A stretch of DNA of 64,000 nucleotides from a virus (Duplodnaviria > Caudoviricetes): positions 126,094 to 190,093 of IMG/VR virus record IMGVR_UViG_3300030330_006619. One strand, 5' to 3'. Positions 1 to 8,908 of the stretch are shown here, one piece after another (the first letter of the stretch is position 1; each line of letters starts with the position of its first letter). The position numbers and the translations under genes were made by a program. Under the pieces are notes generated by a model. That model was not told the origin of the DNA, did no database searches, and worked only from the letters and a program-made list of their open reading frames with translations.

Positions 1-90
1 CAAATTACCGAAGGTGCCACAGCTGGTGATCAAATCGAACTAGTTGTTGTCAACGGACAGTGGCAAGCAACATCACTTAGAGCTGAATAA
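1..90 (+). CDS. 3' end of a gene truncated by the window edge
   Basis: Frame 1 is open from base 1 (QITEGATAGDQIELVVVNGQWQATSLRAE) to TAA at 88-90. Confidence 0.6.
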   Translation, partial: QITEGATAGDQIELVVVNGQWQATSLRAE

Positions 91-104
91 AGAAAGGGAT
101 CCCA

Positions 105-488
105 ATGGGAAAACGTAGAAGAAAAATAAACAATCCAAAGTTTGCAACAAAGTTTGCAAAAACAAGAGAAACCTACCTTAGATTAAAAGGCATTATCACT
201 GATACAGTAGAAGCAGCAGTTGACAATCTTACTGAAACTGTGGATACTGTTGTCGAAGAAATAAAAGAAACCTTCAAAGAACCAGAAACTAAGCCAAATG
301 CTTTAAAGTTTATAAATGAAGATGAGATTTTGCAAGTAGAGGAACCAGCACCGGTAGTTGTGGAAAAGCCCAAGCCAAAAACAACAAGAAAAAAGACAAC
401 CACGAAAAAAACTACCTCAACAACACCAAAGAAAAGTACTACCTCAACGCGCAGAAGGCGAACCACCAAAACAAAATCGCAAGCCTAG
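105..488 (+). CDS. hypothetical protein with basic, K/T-rich low-complexity C-terminus
   Basis: ORF with RBS-like AAGGGA upstream; KKTTTKKTT tail. Confidence 0.75.
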   Translation: MGKRRRKINNPKFATKFAKTRETYLRLKGIITDTVEAAVDNLTETVDTVVEEIKETFKEPETKPNALKFINEDEILQVEEPAPVVVEKPKPKTTRKKTTTKKTTSTTPKKSTTSTRRRRTTKTKSQA

Positions 489-548
489 GTTAAATCACCG
501 GTCAAATAACTAGTTATAGTGTTGAACTGTATTTAGCGAGGGATAAAA

Positions 549-1811
549 ATGTCTGCACCTGTTCTGACACCAAAGAGTACCTTATCTGCTGTCGTATTGC
601 CTATTACGGGCACAATCGGAAACGTAGATTCATCAGTACCATATAAAATATATTCAAGCGATGCTTCAAAATTATTTTCTTCTCACTTCTTGTCTGGCGC
701 TGTCGATCAAGTGTCTTATGTTTATAAGAAACTGGGCGGAGACATCCTTGATATTGAACTAACAGAAGGAAATGTATACACTGCATATGAAGAAGCAGTC
801 CTAGAATACTCTTACCTGTTGAATATTCATCAAGCAACGAATATTTTGTCAGATGCTTTGGGAAACACAACCGGATCTTTTGATTCTAAAGGGACTCTTC
901 AAGGCCCAATAACTTCTTCTGCCAATTTAAACGACACGCATGTTGCGCTCAAATATACAAAATTTGATTATGGTATGACCAGAAGAATCTCAGAAGGTGT
1001 CAGTGCAGAAATTGGATTAAATGGGTCTGTGCAATACAGCGCCTCTTTTGATGTGCAGGCAACTCAGCAGGATTATGACTTGCAGGCCATATTAGGTTCA
1101 GATCCTGTCCATGCGAGCCGAATTGCTGGCAAGAAGATCCTTATAAAGAAAGTCTTTTATAAGACACCACATGCGATGTGGAGATTTTTTGGTTATTATG
1201 GTGGAATCAACACAGTGGGAAACTTGCACAACTATGGTCAATTTTCAGATGATTCAACTTTCCAATTAATACCTGCTTGGCACAATAAAGCTCAGGCAAT
1301 GGCTTTTGAGGATGCAATCTATACAAGAACAGCACATTATTCTTATGAGCTAAGAAATAACAAACTTAGGATATTCCCAGCTCCGTATGTCGGTGGTCCA
1401 AACAAGTTTGTGGTAGAATATTCTGTCCCCGGTGATGCCTGGAACTCAGAGGATAAACAAACTAATGGTGTGAATAACATGAATACTCTGCCAATTGGCA
1501 ATCTACCATTTGAAAATATAAACTCTATCGGTAAGCAGTGGATCCGGAGATTCGCTTTGTCTTTATGTAAAGAAATATTGGGCCAAGTAAGATCAAAATT
1601 TAATAATGTTCCTATTCCGGGTCAGTCCGTAACCTTAAACGGCTCCGCACTCTTGTCGGAAGCTAAGGCAGAACAAACTGCTCTAAGAGATGAGTTGAAA
1701 GCTACATTAGCAGAGCTAACATACGCTAAACTGGCAGAACAAGATGCAGGCATGCTAGAAAATACACAAAAGGTTTTGGAGAAGATTCCATACAACATAT
1801 ATGTGGGGTAA
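549..1811 (+). CDS. neck / head-tail adaptor protein (T4 gp13-like)
   Basis: LGGDILDIEL N-terminal motif; C-terminal WIRRFALSLCKEILGQVRSKF...PG..VTLNG...YVG pattern typical of gp13-like neck proteins; located upstream of tail genes. Confidence 0.75.
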   Translation: MSAPVLTPKSTLSAVVLPITGTIGNVDSSVPYKIYSSDASKLFSSHFLSGAVDQVSYVYKKLGGDILDIELTEGNVYTAYEEAVLEYSYLLNIHQATNILSDALGNTTGSFDSKGTLQGPITSSANLNDTHVALKYTKFDYGMTRRISEGVSAEIGLNGSVQYSASFDVQATQQDYDLQAILGSDPVHASRIAGKKILIKKVFYKTPHAMWRFFGYYGGINTVGNLHNYGQFSDDSTFQLIPAWHNKAQAMAFEDAIYTRTAHYSYELRNNKLRIFPAPYVGGPNKFVVEYSVPGDAWNSEDKQTNGVNNMNTLPIGNLPFENINSIGKQWIRRFALSLCKEILGQVRSKFNNVPIPGQSVTLNGSALLSEAKAEQTALRDELKATLAELTYAKLAEQDAGMLENTQKVLEKIPYNIYVG

Positions 1812-1816
1812 TATAA

Positions 1817-2305
1817 ATGTCAGATGATAATAATTGGAAACAGCCCGACAGCCCACCGCCTCCACTTTTTTTGGGGAAGAAGGAAAAAGATCTTGTCAAG
1901 CAAGTAAATGATGAGGTTATTGAGCGAGTTGTAGGCCAGACAATAGTTTATTACCCTATAAGCCTGGAGCATACTAACTTTCATGATCTTTACGGTGAAG
2001 CGGTCGATAAAACCTTTCTAGATCCAATTAGAGTTTATGCTATGGTTAAGTGGAATTCGCAAAACACAACGACGACCCCTTTGGGTGTTGACAGGATAGA
2101 AAAGATTAGTGTCTCTTTTCACAAAAGAAGGCTAGTGGAAGACCAGGACTTATTTGTAAGAGAGGGTGATTTTGTTCAGTATGGAGAAAATTTTTATGAG
2201 ATCCTAAATCTTACAGAGCCGATATGGCTGTACGGACAAGTTGAGTCAAGTTTTGAAATAAACGCAGAATGTATAAGAGCAAGAGAGGGACTGTTTAATG
2301 TCTGA
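1817..2305 (+). CDS. head closure / neck protein (T4 gp14-like)
   Basis: GQTIVYYP...DLYGE...F motif and VREGDFV; follows the gp13-like gene. Confidence 0.65.
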   Translation: MSDDNNWKQPDSPPPPLFLGKKEKDLVKQVNDEVIERVVGQTIVYYPISLEHTNFHDLYGEAVDKTFLDPIRVYAMVKWNSQNTTTTPLGVDRIEKISVSFHKRRLVEDQDLFVREGDFVQYGENFYEILNLTEPIWLYGQVESSFEINAECIRAREGLFNV

Positions 2306-3122
2306 AGAAACTGACATAAAAGAGAAAATCTATTTTGAGGCTTCTACTGTGGAGACGATAGATAGATCTTTGTATGATTACATATCGAATTTGAAACTTT
2401 CTGTGGGCACGAACGAGGGTGCAAAAATTGTTCCTGTTTTGTGGGGCACGTCTGAGCGTTCATTTTTAGCTAAAAACAATAAAGAAGCGAGAGATAAACA
2501 AGGAACTCTAAAGTTTCCAATTATCTCTATAAAAAGGACTTCTTTATCAAAGCCTCAAGCATCCCCAGGAGTCTTTATAGGTAATGTCTTTGAGGAGCCA
2601 GACAATAAAGGGGGCTCTTTAGAGGTCAGTAGAGTAATACATCAAGAAAAAACTTCAGTTTTCTCAGCAGCAGACAACAAAAGACTCACTGGTCAAGAAA
2701 ACTACCCTAGAGAAAATAAAAAAATAGTTTACAGAACCGTTTCCGCTCCTATGCCAGTAAATGTTTCATTGACTTACGAAATAAATATAAGAACTGAATA
2801 TCAGCAGCATATGAATGAATTAATATTGCCGTTCATAACTATACCTGGAACTGTGAACTATATACCATTAAAATACAGGTCCCACATTTATGAAGCATTT
2901 ATACAGGGAGACTTTCAAAGTGGTGATAACTTGGCAGATTACTCTTCAGATGAAAGAAAATTTGAAACAAAAATAACAGTAAAAGTCGTAGGGTATCTTG
3001 TGGGTCAAGGAAATAATAGAGAAAAGCCTCACTTTTCAATAAGAGAAAATTTTGTAGAAATTAAGATTCCCAAAGAAAGAACGATGATCGACCCTGAAGA
3101 ATTAAAAAAATACGGCCTTTAA
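2298..3122 (+). CDS. tail terminator / sheath stabiliser (T4 gp15-like)
   Basis: VPVLWG..ER, LKFPIISI, PMPVNVSLTYEINIRT motifs; 13-14-15 synteny. Confidence 0.65.
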   Translation: MSEETDIKEKIYFEASTVETIDRSLYDYISNLKLSVGTNEGAKIVPVLWGTSERSFLAKNNKEARDKQGTLKFPIISIKRTSLSKPQASPGVFIGNVFEEPDNKGGSLEVSRVIHQEKTSVFSAADNKRLTGQENYPRENKKIVYRTVSAPMPVNVSLTYEINIRTEYQQHMNELILPFITIPGTVNYIPLKYRSHIYEAFIQGDFQSGDNLADYSSDERKFETKITVKVVGYLVGQGNNREKPHFSIRENFVEIKIPKERTMIDPEELKKYGL

Positions 3123-3189
3123 AAATCTAAAAAAATATAATAAAATATACTTGCTTGTAAGATAAACATAAAATGAAAGGATAAAACAA

Positions 3190-3585
3190 GTGCCAAAGAA
3201 AAAAAGTAATACAGAAGAGAATACACAAACTCTCACAGAAACAGTAGTAAATGAGACAACAGAAGAGACAACAGAAGAGACAACAGAAGAGTCTAATTCA
3301 AGAACAGACTCCGTAATTGAAATACCATGGGATAAAGCAAGACCTATTTATGAAAATAAGAAGTCTCTAGTGGAACTTGAAGATTATTTTTCTTCAATGT
3401 TGTTGAGTTTTGAAAAAAGAAAGATAAAAATTCTAAACGACATTTCAACTCTGGAAAGAAATTTATATTTTTCAGCAGAACAATTAAGAGAAAACATGAA
3501 TATAGACGCTGGACTGACATATGAGTTAAAAATCCCTGATTCTCCTAAAGAAAAAGCATATTTTCTTAGAAAAGACGACCAATAA
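3190..3585 (+). CDS. hypothetical protein
   Basis: GTG start after AAGGA; acidic N-terminus. Confidence 0.65.
   Translation: MPKKKSNTEENTQTLTETVVNETTEETTEETTEESNSRTDSVIEIPWDKARPIYENKKSLVELEDYFSSMLLSFEKRKIKILNDISTLERNLYFSAEQLRENMNIDAGLTYELKIPDSPKEKAYFLRKDDQ
3253..3291 (+). repeat. 12-bp tandem repeat (GAGACAACAGAA x3, encoding ETTE x3)
   Basis: Read directly from the sequence. Confidence 0.9.
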
Positions 3586-3630
3586 AAGACTACTTATAAA
3601 AGAAGATACTGCAAATTGGAGATTTTTAGA

Positions 3631-3843
3631 ATGTTTACGACTAGTGATATTGGCATCGCCGCCTATTTACAACTCAAGGGCTTTAAGTTGAAAGAGTGTA
3701 AAAGGCTTGAGACGGGAAAATTTCACTTTAGTTTTGAAGATCCAGACTCAGAGTGTCAATCTCTAGCTATTGAATTTTTAGATTCAGATTTTTGTAAGTT
3801 CGATAATAATGTTAGAAACCTTAAAAAGATCCTTTTTTCTTAA
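3631..3843 (+). CDS. small hypothetical protein (DUF5659-like)
   Basis: FTTSDIGIAAYL...G....F.F pattern; ATG at 3631 after GGAG. Confidence 0.55.
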   Translation: MFTTSDIGIAAYLQLKGFKLKECKRLETGKFHFSFEDPDSECQSLAIEFLDSDFCKFDNNVRNLKKILFS

Positions 3844-3965
3844 TTTAATCCTAAATTAGTTTGCGTTTGTTAATAAAATAATACCTTATATTTGTCATAT
3901 TTTTAGTTTTTAGTTTTTTATAAGAAGAACTTTTGTTTTAAAAGAAACAACAAAAGGAGATAATT

Positions 3966-6900
3966 ATGGCAAATGTAACTTTTTACGTAGGTGTACCTAA
4001 CGGACAGTCAGGCACTTACAAATTATATCATTCAGACAATCAGTACGCTTCAAGTACGTCTGGAATGACCTTGTTAGGCACTCTTACGACTACCTTTCAG
4101 TCATTCACTGTTGATGATGCACGCTTTCTTTATGTTGCACAGGATTCAAATACCACTCCGATTCCAATATATCAGGTTGGTCTAGGTTATCGCCAATCAG
4201 CAATACCCATCAGCTCTAGAATAGAGTCAACTGGTAACTATGTTGTGAACACTGGTCAGATATCTAGTATATCCGGTGCATCATCGAATGCCTGGATACG
4301 GTTCCTACCGGACCCAGGTAACCCATCCGGAGGCGGCGCAGCTTCAGCAATAGCAACCAGTTATGAGTTTAAGTTAACTACTGATAATTCAGGAAATGAA
4401 AAGGCGCAGGCATTTGGTATTTACCAATCCGGCAGCAGTACATATGTACCGTCGGCCCAAACCTTTTCGGCAGTCGCTTCTGCATCTGTGGACACGACAT
4501 TTCCTGCAACTGTCACGTCAGGTTCTGAGACGTATGCTCTTTATTCTATAAAATTATACAATGAAGACGACGCCCCAGCATATCCATCGGCTGTTCCATC
4601 GAACAATAATTACTTAACAGTATTACCAAATATTGCTACAGCTTCAATGGAACACGGAACAGGTACAGTTGATCAGACCTTGCCCGCACAGGCCGGCCAG
4701 GTAACATTGACTTTCAGTTCAGGTACAGTCTCAACAACTCCAGCTGGAAATTATTCTAGAACTCATGATTATCAGCCGGGCTATCCTTCTGGTTCTTACC
4801 AGACTTTATCTGGTATTCAGTTGAATACTGCTAATGGAGGCATTGCCTTTAACCTAAAGAGTGATGGCGGTGTTGGTAACACATCTGATTTCTGGGCGTC
4901 TAGCGTTGTGAATGTAGAAATGGGCACTCCAACAGATTGGAGAGACGTTTTTACGGCATTTTTTAATGCCATTAACGCAAAGGGCTCAACTGGTACTGGC
5001 GACTTTGGCGCCATTTCAAAGACAGATCCCGGTAGTGTAAGTGGTACTGGTACAATAACTATAAATTATGCTAATGCATCGGTCCCAGTCGGTGGTACTA
5101 AGCACGGCATGCAGGGTTATAACAATGATAACTTACCGATATTAAAAGAAAGCAGTGGTGTCAAGCCTTTAAATAACAAGGTAACCGGTAGCTTTGGCAG
5201 AGAAGCTGTGGCTACTTATGCTTTTGGCCTGTCAGGCAATACACTAGAGACCTCAAGCGAGACACCTTTGGCAGATTCAATTGTTGAGAATGTCAACGCT
5301 TCCGGAAGCACAATCCAAGCCGGTGGTGTTTCTGGATCTTTAGCTAAAGCCACACTTGAAATACCTGCTGGTGCTCTTAGTAGCAACGTTCAAGTTGGGC
5401 TTAACCTAACTTCAGAGGGTAACCCGAGAATAAACGGCCTCCTCAGGCACAATATGATCAAGAACCCAGTTAAGTATTCAAGTGTAGTTAGTTTAACACC
5501 TCACGGGCAAACTTTTGATTCCGCGGTTACTATTAAGTTTAAGTTAACCGGCTCTTATGCCAGCTCTTGTCCTACAGACTTGAAAATTTTCAAATCTAGA
5601 GATGATAGTGGCTTTTGGTATGAGTTGCCTAGTGATAAGTGGTCATGTTCGTCAGGTCAAATTACTATAAACACAACAGAATTTAGCCGTTATCAAGCGG
5701 TAGGAGGTACATTAATGAGTCAATTTACAAGAATAGACGATACCCAGTTGAAGAAGATTACAACTGCGGCAAAACTAGAAACGCAGGCGATTGATATTAC
5801 GGGCTCTGCAGTCCAGTCGTCCCTTTCCGGACCGGACCGCTTTATTGTCCAATCAGTCGGCGGCGTAGCAAAATCGGTTTCTGCATCCGTAATGCAGGAT
5901 TTCTTTTCGGCCGTCGACGTCGATGTCGTCGGATCCGGAATATCAAGCACATTCCGCTTGGTTATGGCTTCTGGTTCTTCCGGGAACCTAGAAGGCACAA
6001 GCTTGGGCATGGATAATGAGTTAACTTATGCCCCTGGTACCGACACGTTGACTGTTGGAACAGTTAGCGCAACAGCGCTTTCAGCATCAGGTCAGCTTAA
6101 CGTCGGCCAAGGCGCTAACATTGACGGCGCATTAGACGTAGATAGTACTCTAAATGTAGCAGGAGCAGCAACTTTTCAAAGTTCTGTCGCAGCTGCAAGC
6201 CTTTCTGCCTCTGGTGATCTTAACATTGGTGGAGCAGCAAACATTGACGGCGCTGTAGATCTTGATGGCGCACTGACTGTTGAAGGCCTTGCAAATCTGA
6301 AGGGCAGCGTTGATTTGGGTGATGCAACGTCAGATACTATTACGGTTACAGGCCGATTCGATTCAGCCCTTGTGCCAAGTAGTGATAACGCCCGTGATTT
6401 AGGTGCTTCTTCGCTTCAGTGGAAAGATCTCTATATCAACGGACAGGCACACATTGATGCTCTTGGTCAGGCACTTGATGCAAACTCACAGAATATCACT
6501 AGTGTCAATAACCTTCAGTCAACTTACTTGACTGCATCGCATGCACAGATTACAAATCTTGATGTTACAAATATCAACTCAATCACCCAAACGGAAACAA
6601 CTCTTGAAGTTGTTGATAAGTTAATTATTGCAGCATCTGGCTCTGCATCTGCAGCAGCTGACGGTGGTGGTCTGCAAATCGGTGGTGATGCAACCAATGC
6701 AGACACAGTGGCATCTTTTAAGTACTCTCATTCTGGAACCAAGATGCTTGGTAAGATTGCTGGTGTCGAGGTCGTCGCCATCCGTCCTGCACAATTTGAT
6801 GTTGTCGGTGGTATTTCTGGCTCCGGTGATCTCAACGTTGGCGGAGCAGCAAATATTGATGGAGCCCTCGATGTTGACAGCACACTAAATGTTGCTGGAG

Positions 6901-8759
6901 CAGCTACAATGGCAGCAGTAGGCGCCGCAAGCCTTTCAGCTTCTGGTGATCTCAACGTTGGTGGAGCAGCAAATATCGATGGAGCCCTCGATGTCGATAG
7001 TACACTAAATGTTGCTGGAGCAGCTACAATGGCTGCTGTTTCTGCCGCAAGCCTCTCGGCCTCAGGCGATCTCAACATCGGTGGCGCAGCTAATGTTGAT
7101 GGTGCACTTGACGTTGACAGCACTCTAAATGTCGCCGGCGCAGCCACAATGGCAGCTGTTGGTGCCGCAAGCCTTTCGGCCTCTGGTGATCTAAATATCG
7201 GTGGAGCAGCTAACATTGATGGAGCAGTAGATATGGACAGCACTCTTACAGTCGCTGGTGCATTCTTCGGCGCAGCAATATCTGGGTCTGGCGACTTGAA
7301 TATCGGTGGTGCTGCTAACATTGACGGTGCTCTGGACGTTGATAGTACACTTAACGTTGCTGGTGCTGCTACCATGGCAGCTGTCGCAGCTTCGAGTCTC
7401 TCGGCTTCCGGTGACCTCAACATTGGCGGCAACGCTAACATAGATGGTGCTGTTGATCTTGATGGAGCATTAACTGTAGAGGGCCTTGGAAAGCTAAATG
7501 GTGATGTTGATTTAGGTAGTGCCACATCTGACACCATTACGGCTACTGGTCGTTTTGACTCGGATCTTGTGCCTTCTACAGACAGCGCTCGCGCTCTTGG
7601 TACTTCGGCCCTTCAGTGGTCTGCAGCACATGTCGACGTAGGGCACATTGACCAACTTGGATCAGCCCTCGACGCGAACTCACAGAATATCACTGGTGTT
7701 AGCCACTTGGGCACAACCCATTTGACTGCTTCGCATGCGAAGATCACTAACCTTGATGTTACAAATATTAATTCTGTAACTCAGACTGAAACAACACTTG
7801 AGGTTGTTGATAAACTGATTATCGCAGCATCTGGTTCTGCATCTGCAGCAGCCGATGGCGGTGGTTTGCAGATTGGTGGCGACGCAACAAATGCGGATAC
7901 TGTTGCATCATTATTGTACTCTCACTCTGGAACCAAGATCCTTGGTAAAATTGCCGGAACAGAAGTTGTTGCAATTCGCCCTGCACAGTTTGACGTTGTT
8001 GGTGGAATATCCGGATCAGGTGACTTGAATGTTGGCGGAGCAGCAAACATTGATGGAGCACTTGATGTTGACAGCACACTGAATGTCGCGGGAGTAGCCA
8101 CAATGGCTGCAGTAAATGCTGCTGCAATCACTGCAACTAGTCTTTCATCTTCTGGTGTACTTAACGTTGGCCAGGGTGCGAACATTGACGGTGCAGTAGA
8201 TATTGACAGTACTCTAAATGTTGCTGGAGCCGCCACTATGGCAGCCGTTGGTGCAACGAGTCTGTCTGCCTCTACCACTCTCCAAGTCGGCGGTGCAGCA
8301 ACATTCGGTAATGAGTCTGTAACGTTTAAGTCTCTTGCAGACTTGACAAACAGTACTGTCGCCCACGGTGACAAGCTTATTATTCAAGATGCGGATCAAT
8401 CTGGGGTTGCTAAAGAGATTACTCTTAACCACATCGCTGCATTCATGGCTGGATCCGGACTTAAGTCGACAAATGGTGTGTTATCACTAGATACAATCTC
8501 AGATGTCGCTATGGCATCAAGCCGGAATTCTATATTGTCTGCAAATGGATTAACAGCATCCTTGAGCCAAGAGCCACTTGATGCTGCATCTGTTCAGGTT
8601 TATAGAAACGGTGTATTGCAACTTAGTTCTGGATCGGTCTCAGATTACTACGATTATCAGTATGATAGCAGTGGTGGATCGAATGGACAGGTCAAGTTTA
8701 GAACTGCAATTGCAAATGCTGATATAATGCAGATCCGATACATCAAGAAGAATGACTAG
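3966..8759 (+). CDS. large repeat-rich tail fibre / virion adhesin with a ZU5-like domain
   Basis: 1597 aa, strong RBS AAGGAG; ZU5-like LEIPAGAL...SLTPHGQTF..AVTI...TTEFSRY; 40-aa G/A/D/N-rich beta-solenoid-type repeats; C-terminal VQVYRNGVLQ...DY motif; located in the tail module. Confidence 0.7.
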   Translation: MANVTFYVGVPNGQSGTYKLYHSDNQYASSTSGMTLLGTLTTTFQSFTVDDARFLYVAQDSNTTPIPIYQVGLGYRQSAIPISSRIESTGNYVVNTGQISSISGASSNAWIRFLPDPGNPSGGGAASAIATSYEFKLTTDNSGNEKAQAFGIYQSGSSTYVPSAQTFSAVASASVDTTFPATVTSGSETYALYSIKLYNEDDAPAYPSAVPSNNNYLTVLPNIATASMEHGTGTVDQTLPAQAGQVTLTFSSGTVSTTPAGNYSRTHDYQPGYPSGSYQTLSGIQLNTANGGIAFNLKSDGGVGNTSDFWASSVVNVEMGTPTDWRDVFTAFFNAINAKGSTGTGDFGAISKTDPGSVSGTGTITINYANASVPVGGTKHGMQGYNNDNLPILKESSGVKPLNNKVTGSFGREAVATYAFGLSGNTLETSSETPLADSIVENVNASGSTIQAGGVSGSLAKATLEIPAGALSSNVQVGLNLTSEGNPRINGLLRHNMIKNPVKYSSVVSLTPHGQTFDSAVTIKFKLTGSYASSCPTDLKIFKSRDDSGFWYELPSDKWSCSSGQITINTTEFSRYQAVGGTLMSQFTRIDDTQLKKITTAAKLETQAIDITGSAVQSSLSGPDRFIVQSVGGVAKSVSASVMQDFFSAVDVDVVGSGISSTFRLVMASGSSGNLEGTSLGMDNELTYAPGTDTLTVGTVSATALSASGQLNVGQGANIDGALDVDSTLNVAGAATFQSSVAAASLSASGDLNIGGAANIDGAVDLDGALTVEGLANLKGSVDLGDATSDTITVTGRFDSALVPSSDNARDLGASSLQWKDLYINGQAHIDALGQALDANSQNITSVNNLQSTYLTASHAQITNLDVTNINSITQTETTLEVVDKLIIAASGSASAAADGGGLQIGGDATNADTVASFKYSHSGTKMLGKIAGVEVVAIRPAQFDVVGGISGSGDLNVGGAANIDGALDVDSTLNVAGAATMAAVGAASLSASGDLNVGGAANIDGALDVDSTLNVAGAATMAAVSAASLSASGDLNIGGAANVDGALDVDSTLNVAGAATMAAVGAASLSASGDLNIGGAANIDGAVDMDSTLTVAGAFFGAAISGSGDLNIGGAANIDGALDVDSTLNVAGAATMAAVAASSLSASGDLNIGGNANIDGAVDLDGALTVEGLGKLNGDVDLGSATSDTITATGRFDSDLVPSTDSARALGTSALQWSAAHVDVGHIDQLGSALDANSQNITGVSHLGTTHLTASHAKITNLDVTNINSVTQTETTLEVVDKLIIAASGSASAAADGGGLQIGGDATNADTVASLLYSHSGTKILGKIAGTEVVAIRPAQFDVVGGISGSGDLNVGGAANIDGALDVDSTLNVAGVATMAAVNAAAITATSLSSSGVLNVGQGANIDGAVDIDSTLNVAGAATMAAVGATSLSASTTLQVGGAATFGNESVTFKSLADLTNSTVAHGDKLIIQDADQSGVAKEITLNHIAAFMAGSGLKSTNGVLSLDTISDVAMASSRNSILSANGLTASLSQEPLDAASVQVYRNGVLQLSSGSVSDYYDYQYDSSGGSNGQVKFRTAIANADIMQIRYIKKND
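6070..8300 (+). repeat. intragenic ~120-bp (40-aa) repeats nested in a ~1197-bp-offset block duplication
   Basis: Unit AASLSASGDLN(I/V)GGAANIDGALDVDSTLNVAGAATMAAV recurs; GATCTTGATGG at 6258 and 7455 marks the 399-aa offset. Confidence 0.85.
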
Positions 8760-8797
8760 TAGTCGCTTTTCTTGCCTGTGAATTAACCCTCCCTATC

Positions 8798-8830
8798 AGC
8801 CCGGGCACCTCGCCCGGGCTTTCCTTTTTT
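8798..8830 (+). terminator. Rho-independent terminator
   Basis: AGCCCGGGC-acctc-GCCCGGGCT followed by TTCCTTTTTT. Confidence 0.85.
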
Positions 8831-8856
8831 ATTTTATTCCATTGGATTTAGAAAAA

Positions 8857-8866
8857 ACTATTTATT
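8857..8866 (+). promoter_or_regulatory. putative late promoter motif (ACTATTTAT)
   Basis: The same motif recurs in front of several structural genes (see findings). Confidence 0.5.
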
Positions 8867-8908
8867 AAGTAAAATAACATTTATTTGTTCCGAAAAGGAG
8901 AATTAAAT

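Noticed and set aside
6524-8432. Long minus-strand ORFs (e.g. 6728-7537, 7922-8374) over the fibre gene
   Set aside because: Antisense shadows of repetitive G/A/S-rich coding sequence; they mirror the + strand repeats and lack RBSs
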